Source: a virus (Duplodnaviria > Caudoviricetes). From it: a stretch of DNA of 64,000 nucleotides. The notes beneath the pieces are model-generated. The model saw nothing but the letters and a program-made list of their open reading frames with translations, had not been told where the DNA came from and did no database searches. Made by a program: the position numbers and the translations under genes. Below are positions 1 through 8,159 of this stretch, one piece after another; positions within the stretch are counted from its first letter, which is position 1; each line of letters starts with the position of its first letter. The stretch covers positions 13,602-77,601 of the IMG/VR virus record IMGVR_UViG_3300031993_000048; one strand, 5' to 3'.

Positions 1-1458
1 TCCATAGGCCCGTTCGCCTCCGCGAGCGGCTACTACGCCCTCGCGGGCGGGATGGACTCCCTCGCGTCCGGCGCGTCGTCCCTCGCGTACGGCACGGCGG
101 CGAGGGCGACCGCGGACGACGCGTACGCCATAGGCTACGCGCCCGTGTCGTCGAACCAGTACGCCTTCACGTGGAACGGGAGGACGGGGTACTTCTACGG
201 CTCGCACGGGCGCGGGACGTTCAACATCTTCCCCGCCGCCGGCGTCGACGGGTTCTGGATCGGCGAGCAGACGCTCGCGGACTACGTGACCTCGAGGGTC
301 TCCGGCTTCGCGAACCCCTCGTACCCGTTCACCTTCCGCGCCGCGCTCGGCGACTCCGGCATACAGTTCTCGACCCTCGCGGGCGGCAACCGCCAGGTGT
401 TCACCGGCGGGACCGCGCTCGTCATGCAGGACGGGTCGACGCTCGTCGTCTCGTCCAACGCCACGCTCGCCGTGGCGCGCCCGTGGGACGTGACGGTCGG
501 AGGGACCGCCCTCGACTCGTGGGTCGCCTCCCTCGCGGCCTCCGCGAACGAGGGCGCCGTGAAGGCCGTCGTGGAGTCGGAGACGGGCGGGACGAACGCC
601 GTCCGGGCCGCCGCCTCCTTCGCCGCCCTCAACGCGACGAAGTGGACCGGTGAGGGCTCCGCCGCCGGCATGGTCCTCCTGCGCGATCCCGTCGAGGGCA
701 GGTGGACGGACGGGACGAACTACATCGTCTGGTCGGACATCTCGACCTGGAACTACTACGGGACGAACGGGACGGGCTCCGCCTCGGGAGGCCTTACGGC
801 CGGAAGGATAGTCTTCGACGGGATAGACGGCGACTTCGCCTTCGTCGCCTCCCCGGACGGGCGGGGCGACTTCGTGCGGGCGACGGACGTCGCCGCCCTC
901 GCGCCGCCTCCCGGGAACTACCTCGCCGTCAGCAACGCCGCGCTGGCCTCGCAGTCCCTCGAGGCCGCGAGGACCGGGTTCGGCGAATGGCGCGCCCCGA
1001 CGAACGCGACGTACGAGCTCGTCGAGATGATAATAGATGGCGGGTGGTGCGCGGTGAGGTTCAGGCTCGACGGGTCGGCGACGGTGTACGACGCGATGCC
1101 GAAGCCGTACCAGGACGACATGACGAACTTCACGTTCAACGCCGGGCTGCCCCCGCTCGTCCGCGACCGCTTCCCGACGATGGCCGACCTCGGCGGCTTC
1201 GCGAAGGCGTCCGACCTCGAGGGCGTGGCGCATGCGAGCGACCTCGCCGGGGTAGTGACCGCCGCCGTCGTGACGAACGTCGTCCGCTCCGTGGTCGCCA
1301 TGACCTCGGACTACGTGTGGGACGCGCAGGCGGAGTGCCTCTTCAGGCGTTCGATGGAGAACCAGTACCTCTACTGGACGCCGGTGACGAACGTGAACGC
1401 GCTTCTCCCCGAGAACGCGGAAGTGCTGGAGTACCTGGAGGCGCACAAGAATGACTAA
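1..1458 (+). CDS. Tail fibre/adhesin-like protein with YadA-head (Hep_Hag)-like repeats; 5' truncated
   Basis: Frame 1 is open from base 1 (SIGPFASASGYYALAGGM...). ASGASSLAYGTAARATADDAYAIG matches the A-x-G-x-x-A-x-A trimeric adhesin head pattern. Gly/Ala/Thr-rich and beta-rich. Confidence 0.65.
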   Translation, partial: SIGPFASASGYYALAGGMDSLASGASSLAYGTAARATADDAYAIGYAPVSSNQYAFTWNGRTGYFYGSHGRGTFNIFPAAGVDGFWIGEQTLADYVTSRVSGFANPSYPFTFRAALGDSGIQFSTLAGGNRQVFTGGTALVMQDGSTLVVSSNATLAVARPWDVTVGGTALDSWVASLAASANEGAVKAVVESETGGTNAVRAAASFAALNATKWTGEGSAAGMVLLRDPVEGRWTDGTNYIVWSDISTWNYYGTNGTGSASGGLTAGRIVFDGIDGDFAFVASPDGRGDFVRATDVAALAPPPGNYLAVSNAALASQSLEAARTGFGEWRAPTNATYELVEMIIDGGWCAVRFRLDGSATVYDAMPKPYQDDMTNFTFNAGLPPLVRDRFPTMADLGGFAKASDLEGVAHASDLAGVVTAAVVTNVVRSVVAMTSDYVWDAQAECLFRRSMENQYLYWTPVTNVNALLPENAEVLEYLEAHKND

Positions 1459-1645
1459 CCTCGTATTGACGGCCCTGCTCGCCATGTCCCCCGCGGACTT
1501 CGCGCAGCTCACGAACCGCGTGGACGTCCTGTGGACGGCCCACACCCAGCGCGTCGAGAGGATCGAGCGCGCCCGCGAGAACGCCCGGAGGCGCCGCGAG
1601 GGCCCGCCCGACAGGCCGTTCCGCGCGAAGGGAGGAAGGCGATGA
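1451..1645 (+). CDS. Small hypothetical protein (64 aa), hydrophobic N-terminus and basic C-terminus
   Basis: 8-nt overlap with the upstream stop (ATGACTAA) and ATGA overlap with the next gene; GC3-rich codons. Confidence 0.7.
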   Translation: MTNLVLTALLAMSPADFAQLTNRVDVLWTAHTQRVERIERARENARRRREGPPDRPFRAKGGRR

Positions 1646-2403
1646 GGAAGCTCCTTCTCCTGCTTCTCCCGCTCTCGCTCCTCGCCGATCCGGTCAGGAT
1701 GCGCGAGCTCATGGTCGGCGACGACGGGTCGCTCAACTCGACGAACGCCGTCGCCACGCAGGCCGACCTCGCCAGGGTCGCCGCGTCGAACCAGGTGGCC
1801 GTCGCCGAGCTGAACGCCGCGAGGCAGGGCTACGACCAGGCCGTGGACCTCCTGTCCGCCGTCGCGACGAACATCGCCGCCGGGACGCCCGTCGTCTTCT
1901 ACTCCGTCGAGCTCTCGAGCTTCGACGCCGCCGTCGTCTTCGACGAGAACACCGACAAGGTGAAGGTCATAGGCTTCACGGACACGAAGGAGACGGACAC
2001 CGTGCGCGGGACGGCGTGCCGCAAGTGGCGCATCCGCTTCGCCTTCACCGCCGACCTCCAGTCCGTGCAGCCGAGCGTCGCGTACGCGCAGGTCATCGAC
2101 GGCACTCCCGCCGGCGACTGGGAGAACCTGCACGAGGACAACGTCTCGGCCGCCGTCGCCGAGGAGGGGACGTACACGGACGGGGACGGGAACACCTACT
2201 CCCACGTCTACCACGTGGACGCGTGGCTCCCCGTCGCGAACTCCGGCTTCTCCTTCGTGCGCATACCCAACGACGCCGCGATCGCGGACGGGGCGACGCT
2301 CGACCTCCCGAACGGGGTGAGCGGCGGCGCCACGACGACCGTGACGTGGGGCGGGAAGACCCTGACGTTCCGGGGCGGACTCCTGACGGAGGTGGGCGAG
2401 TGA
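1642..2403 (+). CDS. Signal-peptide-bearing beta-rich protein, paralogue of 3185-4021
   Basis: ATG at 1642 overlaps the previous TGA. MRKLLLLLLPLSLLA is a Sec-type signal. Shares an RQG[YF]xx[AG]VxxLSA motif with 3185-4021. Confidence 0.8.
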   Translation: MRKLLLLLLPLSLLADPVRMRELMVGDDGSLNSTNAVATQADLARVAASNQVAVAELNAARQGYDQAVDLLSAVATNIAAGTPVVFYSVELSSFDAAVVFDENTDKVKVIGFTDTKETDTVRGTACRKWRIRFAFTADLQSVQPSVAYAQVIDGTPAGDWENLHEDNVSAAVAEEGTYTDGDGNTYSHVYHVDAWLPVANSGFSFVRIPNDAAIADGATLDLPNGVSGGATTTVTWGGKTLTFRGGLLTEVGE

Positions 2404-3188
2404 TCTGCGGACTTGCCATGAAGGCGCTCGTCGCCCTGCTCGCCGCGTGCCTCGCGGCCCTCGCGTGCATCTGGATGAAGCCCCTCCTCTCGAGGGCGTC
2501 GTCGAGGCTGTCCGGCTGGGAGAAGGCCGTCCTGCTCCTCGCGGTCGCGGCGTTCACGTTCTACGGCGGCTCCAAGTCGATCATGTCGAAGACGTCGCAC
2601 GACCCGGAGATCGGGCTCTCGGCGGCGGAGTACGTGAAGGGGACGAACGGCGTCCCGGCGTCCCTCGTCTCCTCCCTCGGGGCCGGGACGAACATGGTCG
2701 CGTACGCCTTCTCCGTCACCAACTCGGCGCTGACGGCGGAGGAGCTTCTCGCGAAGCTGTGGTTCCGCGAGGACAACCGGAACGCGTGGACGAACTTCGC
2801 CGCCGCCGGGGTCTCGATGCAGACGGCGTCCGAGACGCACAGCCCCACCACGACCGTGTGGCTCGCCTACGCCACGAACTCGTGGGAGCACCAGCAGATA
2901 TACGTCGGCGACGACCTTCCCCCCGTGTACGTCGAGACCGAGGGCGGCATAACGCTGGACTCCCTCGTCATGACGTCGAAGAAGGCGACGATAACCTACA
3001 CCGTCGACGCGTCCGCGCTCACGGGCCCGGGGCAGGTCGTCTTCGAGAGGATGGCGACGGGCGGGAACTGGGCGGCCGTGAGGACCGTCGAGGCCTCCGC
3101 CGGGACGCACTCCGAGGTGTTCTTCGGGTTCTTCGTCAGGATCCGCACGATGTGGCGCATAAGGCTTCAGGTGGAGGTGACGGAATGA
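2400..3188 (+). CDS. Membrane-anchored protein: two N-terminal hydrophobic helices, then two probable Ig-like beta domains
   Basis: GTGA overlap start (alternative ATG at 2418). Hydrophobic segments LVALLAACLAALACIW and AVLLLAVAAFTFYGGSK. The beta-rich remainder has two similar halves (LWFREDNRNAW / VVFERMATGGNW). Confidence 0.75.
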   Translation: MICGLAMKALVALLAACLAALACIWMKPLLSRASSRLSGWEKAVLLLAVAAFTFYGGSKSIMSKTSHDPEIGLSAAEYVKGTNGVPASLVSSLGAGTNMVAYAFSVTNSALTAEELLAKLWFREDNRNAWTNFAAAGVSMQTASETHSPTTTVWLAYATNSWEHQQIYVGDDLPPVYVETEGGITLDSLVMTSKKATITYTVDASALTGPGQVVFERMATGGNWAAVRTVEASAGTHSEVFFGFFVRIRTMWRIRLQVEVTE

Positions 3189-4021
3189 GGTGGCTGGTTC
3201 TCCTTCTGCCCTTCGCGGCGTTCGCCCAGCTGGGCGCGGACAGGTCGGTGGTGGCCGAGTCCGTCTCCAACGTCCACACCAACTACTCGTGGAGGAAGAA
3301 CGTCATAATGGAGACGGAGGGCGGGCAGCTCCGCGACAAGCAGCACGCGCTCGCCACCGTCGCCAACGCCTCCGCGCAGGCCGAGACCGCGGACGGCGTC
3401 GGACGCGTAGCCTCCGCGTGGAGGCAGGGGTTCTCGAACGGCGTCGAGTCCCTGTCCGCCACGCTCTCCAGCGTCCCGCGCACCGGGCGGTACGTCTCCC
3501 TCCGGTTCCCGCTCGTCCCGCAGACCTCGCGCAGGTTCGACATCTACGTCGTCTCCAACCGGTACGACTCCGCCGCGAACGAGGACATCCTCTGGATATA
3601 CTTCGGGCAGAGCTACACGAACCCGCCCACGATGATGGTGCCGTACGTCTACGAGTCCGGCTTCACGACCAACAGGGTCGCCGCCTCGTGGAAGAAGGCG
3701 GGGACGACCGACCACTTCACGAACACGGTGACGCTCGTCGGGCGGGCCGACGGCGCGAACAGGACGTACGTGTGCCACAAGCTGCACGTCCCGCGCCCGG
3801 CGGTGCTCGCGGGCGTCCCGTGCAACCTGGACCCGCACGGGAAGTGGGGCGGTCCGGGCGGCGTCGTCTTCGGGAGCTACCTCCTGACCGTGACGCAGTC
3901 CGGCGTGACCTACCCGACCTACACGGGACCCGTCACCAACCAGGAGGCGGGGGTAGTTGCGTTGTTTGACAACGGCGCGTTCCTCGGAACGGTGCCCATA
4001 GGAGAGGAGATCGGACAATGA
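3185..4021 (+). CDS. Signal-peptide-bearing beta-rich protein, paralogue of 1642-2403
   Basis: ATGA overlaps at both ends. MRWLVLLLPFAAFA signal peptide. AWRQGFSNGVESLSA aligns with AARQGYDQAVDLLSA. Confidence 0.8.
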   Translation: MRWLVLLLPFAAFAQLGADRSVVAESVSNVHTNYSWRKNVIMETEGGQLRDKQHALATVANASAQAETADGVGRVASAWRQGFSNGVESLSATLSSVPRTGRYVSLRFPLVPQTSRRFDIYVVSNRYDSAANEDILWIYFGQSYTNPPTMMVPYVYESGFTTNRVAASWKKAGTTDHFTNTVTLVGRADGANRTYVCHKLHVPRPAVLAGVPCNLDPHGKWGGPGGVVFGSYLLTVTQSGVTYPTYTGPVTNQEAGVVALFDNGAFLGTVPIGEEIGQ

Positions 4022-4479
4022 AGAAGATCGCAATGCTGGCCGTGATGTTCCTTGCCGCCGCGGCGTCCGCCGCGGGGCTCGACAAGGTGACGGTGTCGAG
4101 GCTCGAGTCCATCGCGTCGCAGCGGAGGCTCCAGTCGAGGGTCGTCACGAACGGGACGATGATCTGCACCTACGTGCAGGCGGGGAGGACGTGGACGGTC
4201 ACGAACCGCCTCTTCTCCGCGACGGGGTACGCCCGCCCGCCCGTCTACTCGAAGCTCAAGATGTACGTCGTCTTCTCGAAGGCCGGCCACTGGGACGCGC
4301 TCAAGGCGTGGCTCCAGACGCAGACCGTCGAGGGCGTGAACGCCTGGGAGGCGTTCGACATGTGCAACGAGGTGGCGTCCGACAACCCGCTGTTCCTCCA
4401 GTGGCTTCCGGTGGCGGAGGCCGCGCTCGGGGTGGACGACGCGACGGCGAAGGCGTTGCTCAAGCAGTGCGAGCAGTAG
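4018..4479 (+). CDS. Signal-peptide-bearing protein with a tail-fibre-assembly-chaperone-like helical C-terminus
   Basis: MKKIAMLAVMFLAAAASA signal. C-terminal WLPVAEAALGVDDATAKALL resembles phage fibre chaperone tails (recognition only). Confidence 0.55.
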   Translation: MKKIAMLAVMFLAAAASAAGLDKVTVSRLESIASQRRLQSRVVTNGTMICTYVQAGRTWTVTNRLFSATGYARPPVYSKLKMYVVFSKAGHWDALKAWLQTQTVEGVNAWEAFDMCNEVASDNPLFLQWLPVAEAALGVDDATAKALLKQCEQ

Positions 4480-4489
4480 GGAGGCGGAC

Positions 4490-4906
4490 ATGAAGCTCAC
4501 GATACGCAAGTACGATCCCGCGAACCCGACGAGGATCCACATCGACGAGGGTGGCTGCATCTTCTCGTCGAACTCCTACGACGTCCGGGTGTTTGCCGAC
4601 GACTTCAGGACGGACACGACCACGAAGGGGCACCTCCGCCTCCTGCGCAAGGCGTCGGAGGAGGACTCGGAGCTCACCGAGTACGCGAAGTGCCTCCTCG
4701 TCGCCGACCCCTACCGCAGGGACTGCCGCGCCGGGACGCTCGTCGTGAACGACCTCGCGCACGCGGAGCTGTGGGCCGCGCTCGCGCCCGAGAGCAGGCG
4801 GAACATCGACGACGGCTTCACGCTGGAGGTGACTCTCCAGGCCGGGGCGAGTCGCGTTGTCTACGCGCAGGTGCCGGTCATGCTGGCGCCCGCGGAGGGG
4901 GAGTAG
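4490..4906 (+). CDS. Hypothetical protein (138 aa)
   Basis: RBS GGAGG upstream; typical codon bias. Confidence 0.8.
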   Translation: MKLTIRKYDPANPTRIHIDEGGCIFSSNSYDVRVFADDFRTDTTTKGHLRLLRKASEEDSELTEYAKCLLVADPYRRDCRAGTLVVNDLAHAELWAALAPESRRNIDDGFTLEVTLQAGASRVVYAQVPVMLAPAEGE

Positions 4907-4907
4907 C

Positions 4908-5390
4908 GTGGACGTCATCGCCGACAACCAGACGGAGGCCACCATCGCCAAGCTGCGGCGCGGGGAGGCGACCGACGCCATCCGCGACGAGGTGTCGGCG
5001 GCCCTGCTGTCCTCGATGCAGACGATCATCGCCGAGCTCGGGGAGATGAAGAAGAGCCTGTGGTCCGCGCAGACGCTGAAGGACCTCGTGGACGAGAGGC
5101 ACAACGTCCGCTGCGCGTCGTGCCCGGCGAAGCAGTTCGCCAGCATCCAGGCCGTGCTGGCCTCGCAGAAGAAGCAGGAGGACGCCGGCGGAAAGTCGGA
5201 GGACGCGGGCGGAAAGCCGGGGGAGAAGCCATCGTGGCTCCAGCTTCTCCTCTCGTCCGAGTCGATAAGGTACTTCATACTCATCCTCGTCCTCGTGTGG
5301 GCGGTCATCTACATCAAGACCGGCCCGGAGGGCGTGGACGCGGTGAAGGGCGGGGTCGCCCATACGGTAACGGGAGGACAAGTCAAATGA
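4908..5390 (+). CDS. Holin-like membrane protein (coiled-coil N-terminus, single C-terminal TM)
   Basis: GTG start 1 nt after the previous stop. TM segment YFILILVLVWAVIYI. Immediately precedes a lipoprotein and a peptidase, as in a lysis cassette. Confidence 0.55.
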   Translation: MDVIADNQTEATIAKLRRGEATDAIRDEVSAALLSSMQTIIAELGEMKKSLWSAQTLKDLVDERHNVRCASCPAKQFASIQAVLASQKKQEDAGGKSEDAGGKPGEKPSWLQLLLSSESIRYFILILVLVWAVIYIKTGPEGVDAVKGGVAHTVTGGQVK

Positions 5391-5515
5391 AGTGGATGTT
5401 CGCAGTCGTCGCGCTGGCCCTGCTGGCCGGCTGCGCGTCGAGGCACGAGCTGCCGAGCGGGGACCGGTTCCCGGAACCCGACCGGTGGTGGCTGGCTGGA
5501 GGAAACGGAGAATGA
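5387..5515 (+). CDS. Small lipoprotein (42 aa), possibly o-spanin-like
   Basis: MKWMFAVVALALLAGC has a lipobox (LAGC); short Pro/Trp-containing mature part; ATGA overlaps on both sides. Confidence 0.65.
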   Translation: MKWMFAVVALALLAGCASRHELPSGDRFPEPDRWWLAGGNGE

Positions 5516-6207
5516 ACAAGTACGAGAAGCTGTTCTTCCCCGGCGCCCTGAAGACGCCGGAGAAGCTGAAGTCCAGGGCGTTCTGCGCGGCGAAGAACTT
5601 CGAGCCGCCGAAGGAGCTCATACTGTCGGGGTACTGCGTGCCCGTCGACAACCAGGGGCAGACCCCGTGGTGCGCCGCGTACAGCGCGGCCAACTACGCG
5701 GAGAACATCCTCTGGCGCAAGCGGGGCTACCACTCCGAGATCGACCCGGAGCCGCTGTACAGGTACGCCAAGTCGATCGACGGCGACCCGCACGGCGACG
5801 GGACGTACCTGGAGTGCACGCTCGAGGCGCTCGTCAAGTACGGGCACTTCGACGGGACCCTGTGCAAGATCAGGACGTTCGGCGGGCCCGGGTTCGGGCG
5901 CGACGCCGCGTCCGCGCTCCTGGACGTCAAGTACGCCGTCCACAAGTACGGCATCTGCATGGCCGGGTTCAACGTCTCCTCCGAGTGGTTCCGCCCGAAG
6001 AACGGCGTCATCACCGGCGCGACGAAGGACAGCGAGGGCGGCCACGCCGTCCTCATCTGCGGGTACGACGAGGGCGGCGTCCTCGTGCAGAACAGCTGGG
6101 GCAAGGACTACGGCCACGGCGGGTTCGTGTACGTTTCCAACAAGGCGTTCGCCGACCAGTTCATATACGGCGCGATCCTCACGCGGTCGCTCGACGGGTT
6201 CAACTGA
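5512..6207 (+). CDS. Papain-like (clan CA, family C1) cysteine peptidase
   Basis: Oxyanion Gln and catalytic Cys in DNQGQTPWCAAYS (Cys codon 5671), catalytic His in GGHAVLICGY (6043), and Asn in VQNSWG (6091). Confidence 0.9.
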   Translation: MNKYEKLFFPGALKTPEKLKSRAFCAAKNFEPPKELILSGYCVPVDNQGQTPWCAAYSAANYAENILWRKRGYHSEIDPEPLYRYAKSIDGDPHGDGTYLECTLEALVKYGHFDGTLCKIRTFGGPGFGRDAASALLDVKYAVHKYGICMAGFNVSSEWFRPKNGVITGATKDSEGGHAVLICGYDEGGVLVQNSWGKDYGHGGFVYVSNKAFADQFIYGAILTRSLDGFN

Positions 6208-6221
6208 TCCCGGGAGGGCGG

Positions 6222-8159
6222 ATGGCCGACAGCGGGTACAGGCGGTACTACGGGCAGGACTGGCCTCCCGTGCCCGACGGGCGCGGGAACCTCGTCCCCG
6301 TCACCAAGGCGTTCGCCGGGCTCGTGATCGGGAAGAAGTGGCGGTTCTTCAAGGCCCAGCAGGACATCGAGTTCGACGTCGAGCCGTGGGTCGCCATGCT
6401 GGACGCGGCGAAGGCGCTCATACCCGAGCGGTACTTCGTCGTCTCCGAGTGGACGGAGCAGCACTTCCACGACTGGTGCATGTGCCCGAAGGGGATCGTC
6501 ACGATCGGCTGCGCGTCGTGCGGCAAGTCGTGCGACACCGGGAACCTCATGGTCCTCGACTACATCGTCGACCCGTTCGACACCGTGATACTGCTCGGCT
6601 CCACCACGAAGGAGGCGCTCAAGTCCCGCTCGTGGAACTTCGTCCAGCAGTACCACGCCGCGCTCTGCAACAACAGGCTCGGGCTCGCCGTCCCCGGCAA
6701 GATCACGAAGGCGGGGTACGCCCTCGTGAACGTGAGCGAGGACGGGTCGCCGGAGTCCGTCGGCGACAAGGCCGGCATACAGGGCAGGGCCCTCAACGAG
6801 GACGGCAACCTCCAGGGCGCGCACGCGAAGTTCGTGCGCCTCGTCGTCGACGAGCTCGCCACGATCCGCAACCACGACGCGATCAAGACCGCGATGACGA
6901 ACCTCCGCGTCGGCGCCCTCGACTTCAAGTTCGCCGCGCTCGCCAACCCCGAGAGCTGGGACGACCCGTCGTGCCAGTACATCGTGCCGGAGGGCGGGAC
7001 GAAGGCCGTCGACGTCGACACCGGGTTCTGGGTGTCCACCCGCGGCTACTGGGTCAGGCACCACGACGGGCTCAAGTCGCCCGCGCTCAAGTCGCCGGAG
7101 GCCGCCGCGAAGTTCTCGTTCCTGATGACGCAGGACGTGATAGACGACAACCTCCGCGAGTGCGACGGCAACTGGGACGCGCCGCAGATGTGGAAGATGG
7201 TGCGCGGGTTCCCGATGCCCGTGAACGTCTCGGCCCCGACCGTCCTCGACAGGAAGGTCGGCGAGCAGAACAAGGTGACGGAGCCCGTGGAGTCCTACGG
7301 CAGGCCGCCGGTCGCGGTGGCCGCGGGCGTCGACCCCGCGTGGAGCGACGGCGGCGACGGCGCGATCTACCAGCGCGTCCTTATAAGGAACGTCGACGGG
7401 CGCCTGGTGCTCGACTTCTCCGACGGGCAGAGGAAGCTCGCGATCGGCGCGACGAAGGGCGTCCCCGTCTCGCAGCAGCTGATAACGCAGGTGAAGGAGA
7501 TCATGCAGTCGCCGGGCGACTACTGCGCGCCGCTCTCCGCGACCGCCGTGGACGCGTCCGCGAACCAGGGCCTCGCCGACGACCTCGACATGTTCATCGG
7601 CCAGGGCGCCGCGTCGTGCCTCCACGTCAACAACTCCAACAGGGCGTCGTCGAACCCGATAAGGGCGATGGGCGTCGGCAGGGCCGACAAGAAGGACAGG
7701 CAGGTCGAGCGGTGCTGCGACAGGTACGGCGACCGCGGGACGGAGGCGTGGTGCGTCCTCGCCGAGTTCTGCAAGGCCGGGCAGGTGCGCGGGCTCCCGG
7801 AGGAGGCGTTCCGCCAGCTCACGCAGCGCAGGTTCATGCTCGTCACGAAGAAGGTGAACGGCGAGACGATGTCCTCCGGCGTGAGGTTCCCGCTCCGCCT
7901 GGAGCCGAAGGACGATTTCAAGAAACGGATAAAGAAGTCCCCCGACGAGTGCGACGCGTGCGCCCTCGCGGCGCTCGCGGTGAAGGAGGCGCTCGGCCTC
8001 CTGCCGTTCGGATGGATGGCCCCCGCGGACGTTCCGCTCACGGGCCCCGCCGTGCCGCCCGCGCCGCTCGAGCTCGTCGACGTGCCCGACCCGGAGGCGT
8101 ACTGCGCCGCGCCGGACTCGGGGCCGTGCGGGGCCGGAGAGGAGGATCCCTCATGGTGA
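6222..8159 (+). CDS. terL: Terminase large subunit
   Basis: Walker A-like GCASCGKS, Walker B LVVDE, motif III-like LANP, RNase H nuclease AAGVDPAWSDGGD and C-terminal SPDECDACALA. Confidence 0.88.
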   Translation: MADSGYRRYYGQDWPPVPDGRGNLVPVTKAFAGLVIGKKWRFFKAQQDIEFDVEPWVAMLDAAKALIPERYFVVSEWTEQHFHDWCMCPKGIVTIGCASCGKSCDTGNLMVLDYIVDPFDTVILLGSTTKEALKSRSWNFVQQYHAALCNNRLGLAVPGKITKAGYALVNVSEDGSPESVGDKAGIQGRALNEDGNLQGAHAKFVRLVVDELATIRNHDAIKTAMTNLRVGALDFKFAALANPESWDDPSCQYIVPEGGTKAVDVDTGFWVSTRGYWVRHHDGLKSPALKSPEAAAKFSFLMTQDVIDDNLRECDGNWDAPQMWKMVRGFPMPVNVSAPTVLDRKVGEQNKVTEPVESYGRPPVAVAAGVDPAWSDGGDGAIYQRVLIRNVDGRLVLDFSDGQRKLAIGATKGVPVSQQLITQVKEIMQSPGDYCAPLSATAVDASANQGLADDLDMFIGQGAASCLHVNNSNRASSNPIRAMGVGRADKKDRQVERCCDRYGDRGTEAWCVLAEFCKAGQVRGLPEEAFRQLTQRRFMLVTKKVNGETMSSGVRFPLRLEPKDDFKKRIKKSPDECDACALAALAVKEALGLLPFGWMAPADVPLTGPAVPPAPLELVDVPDPEAYCAAPDSGPCGAGEEDPSW

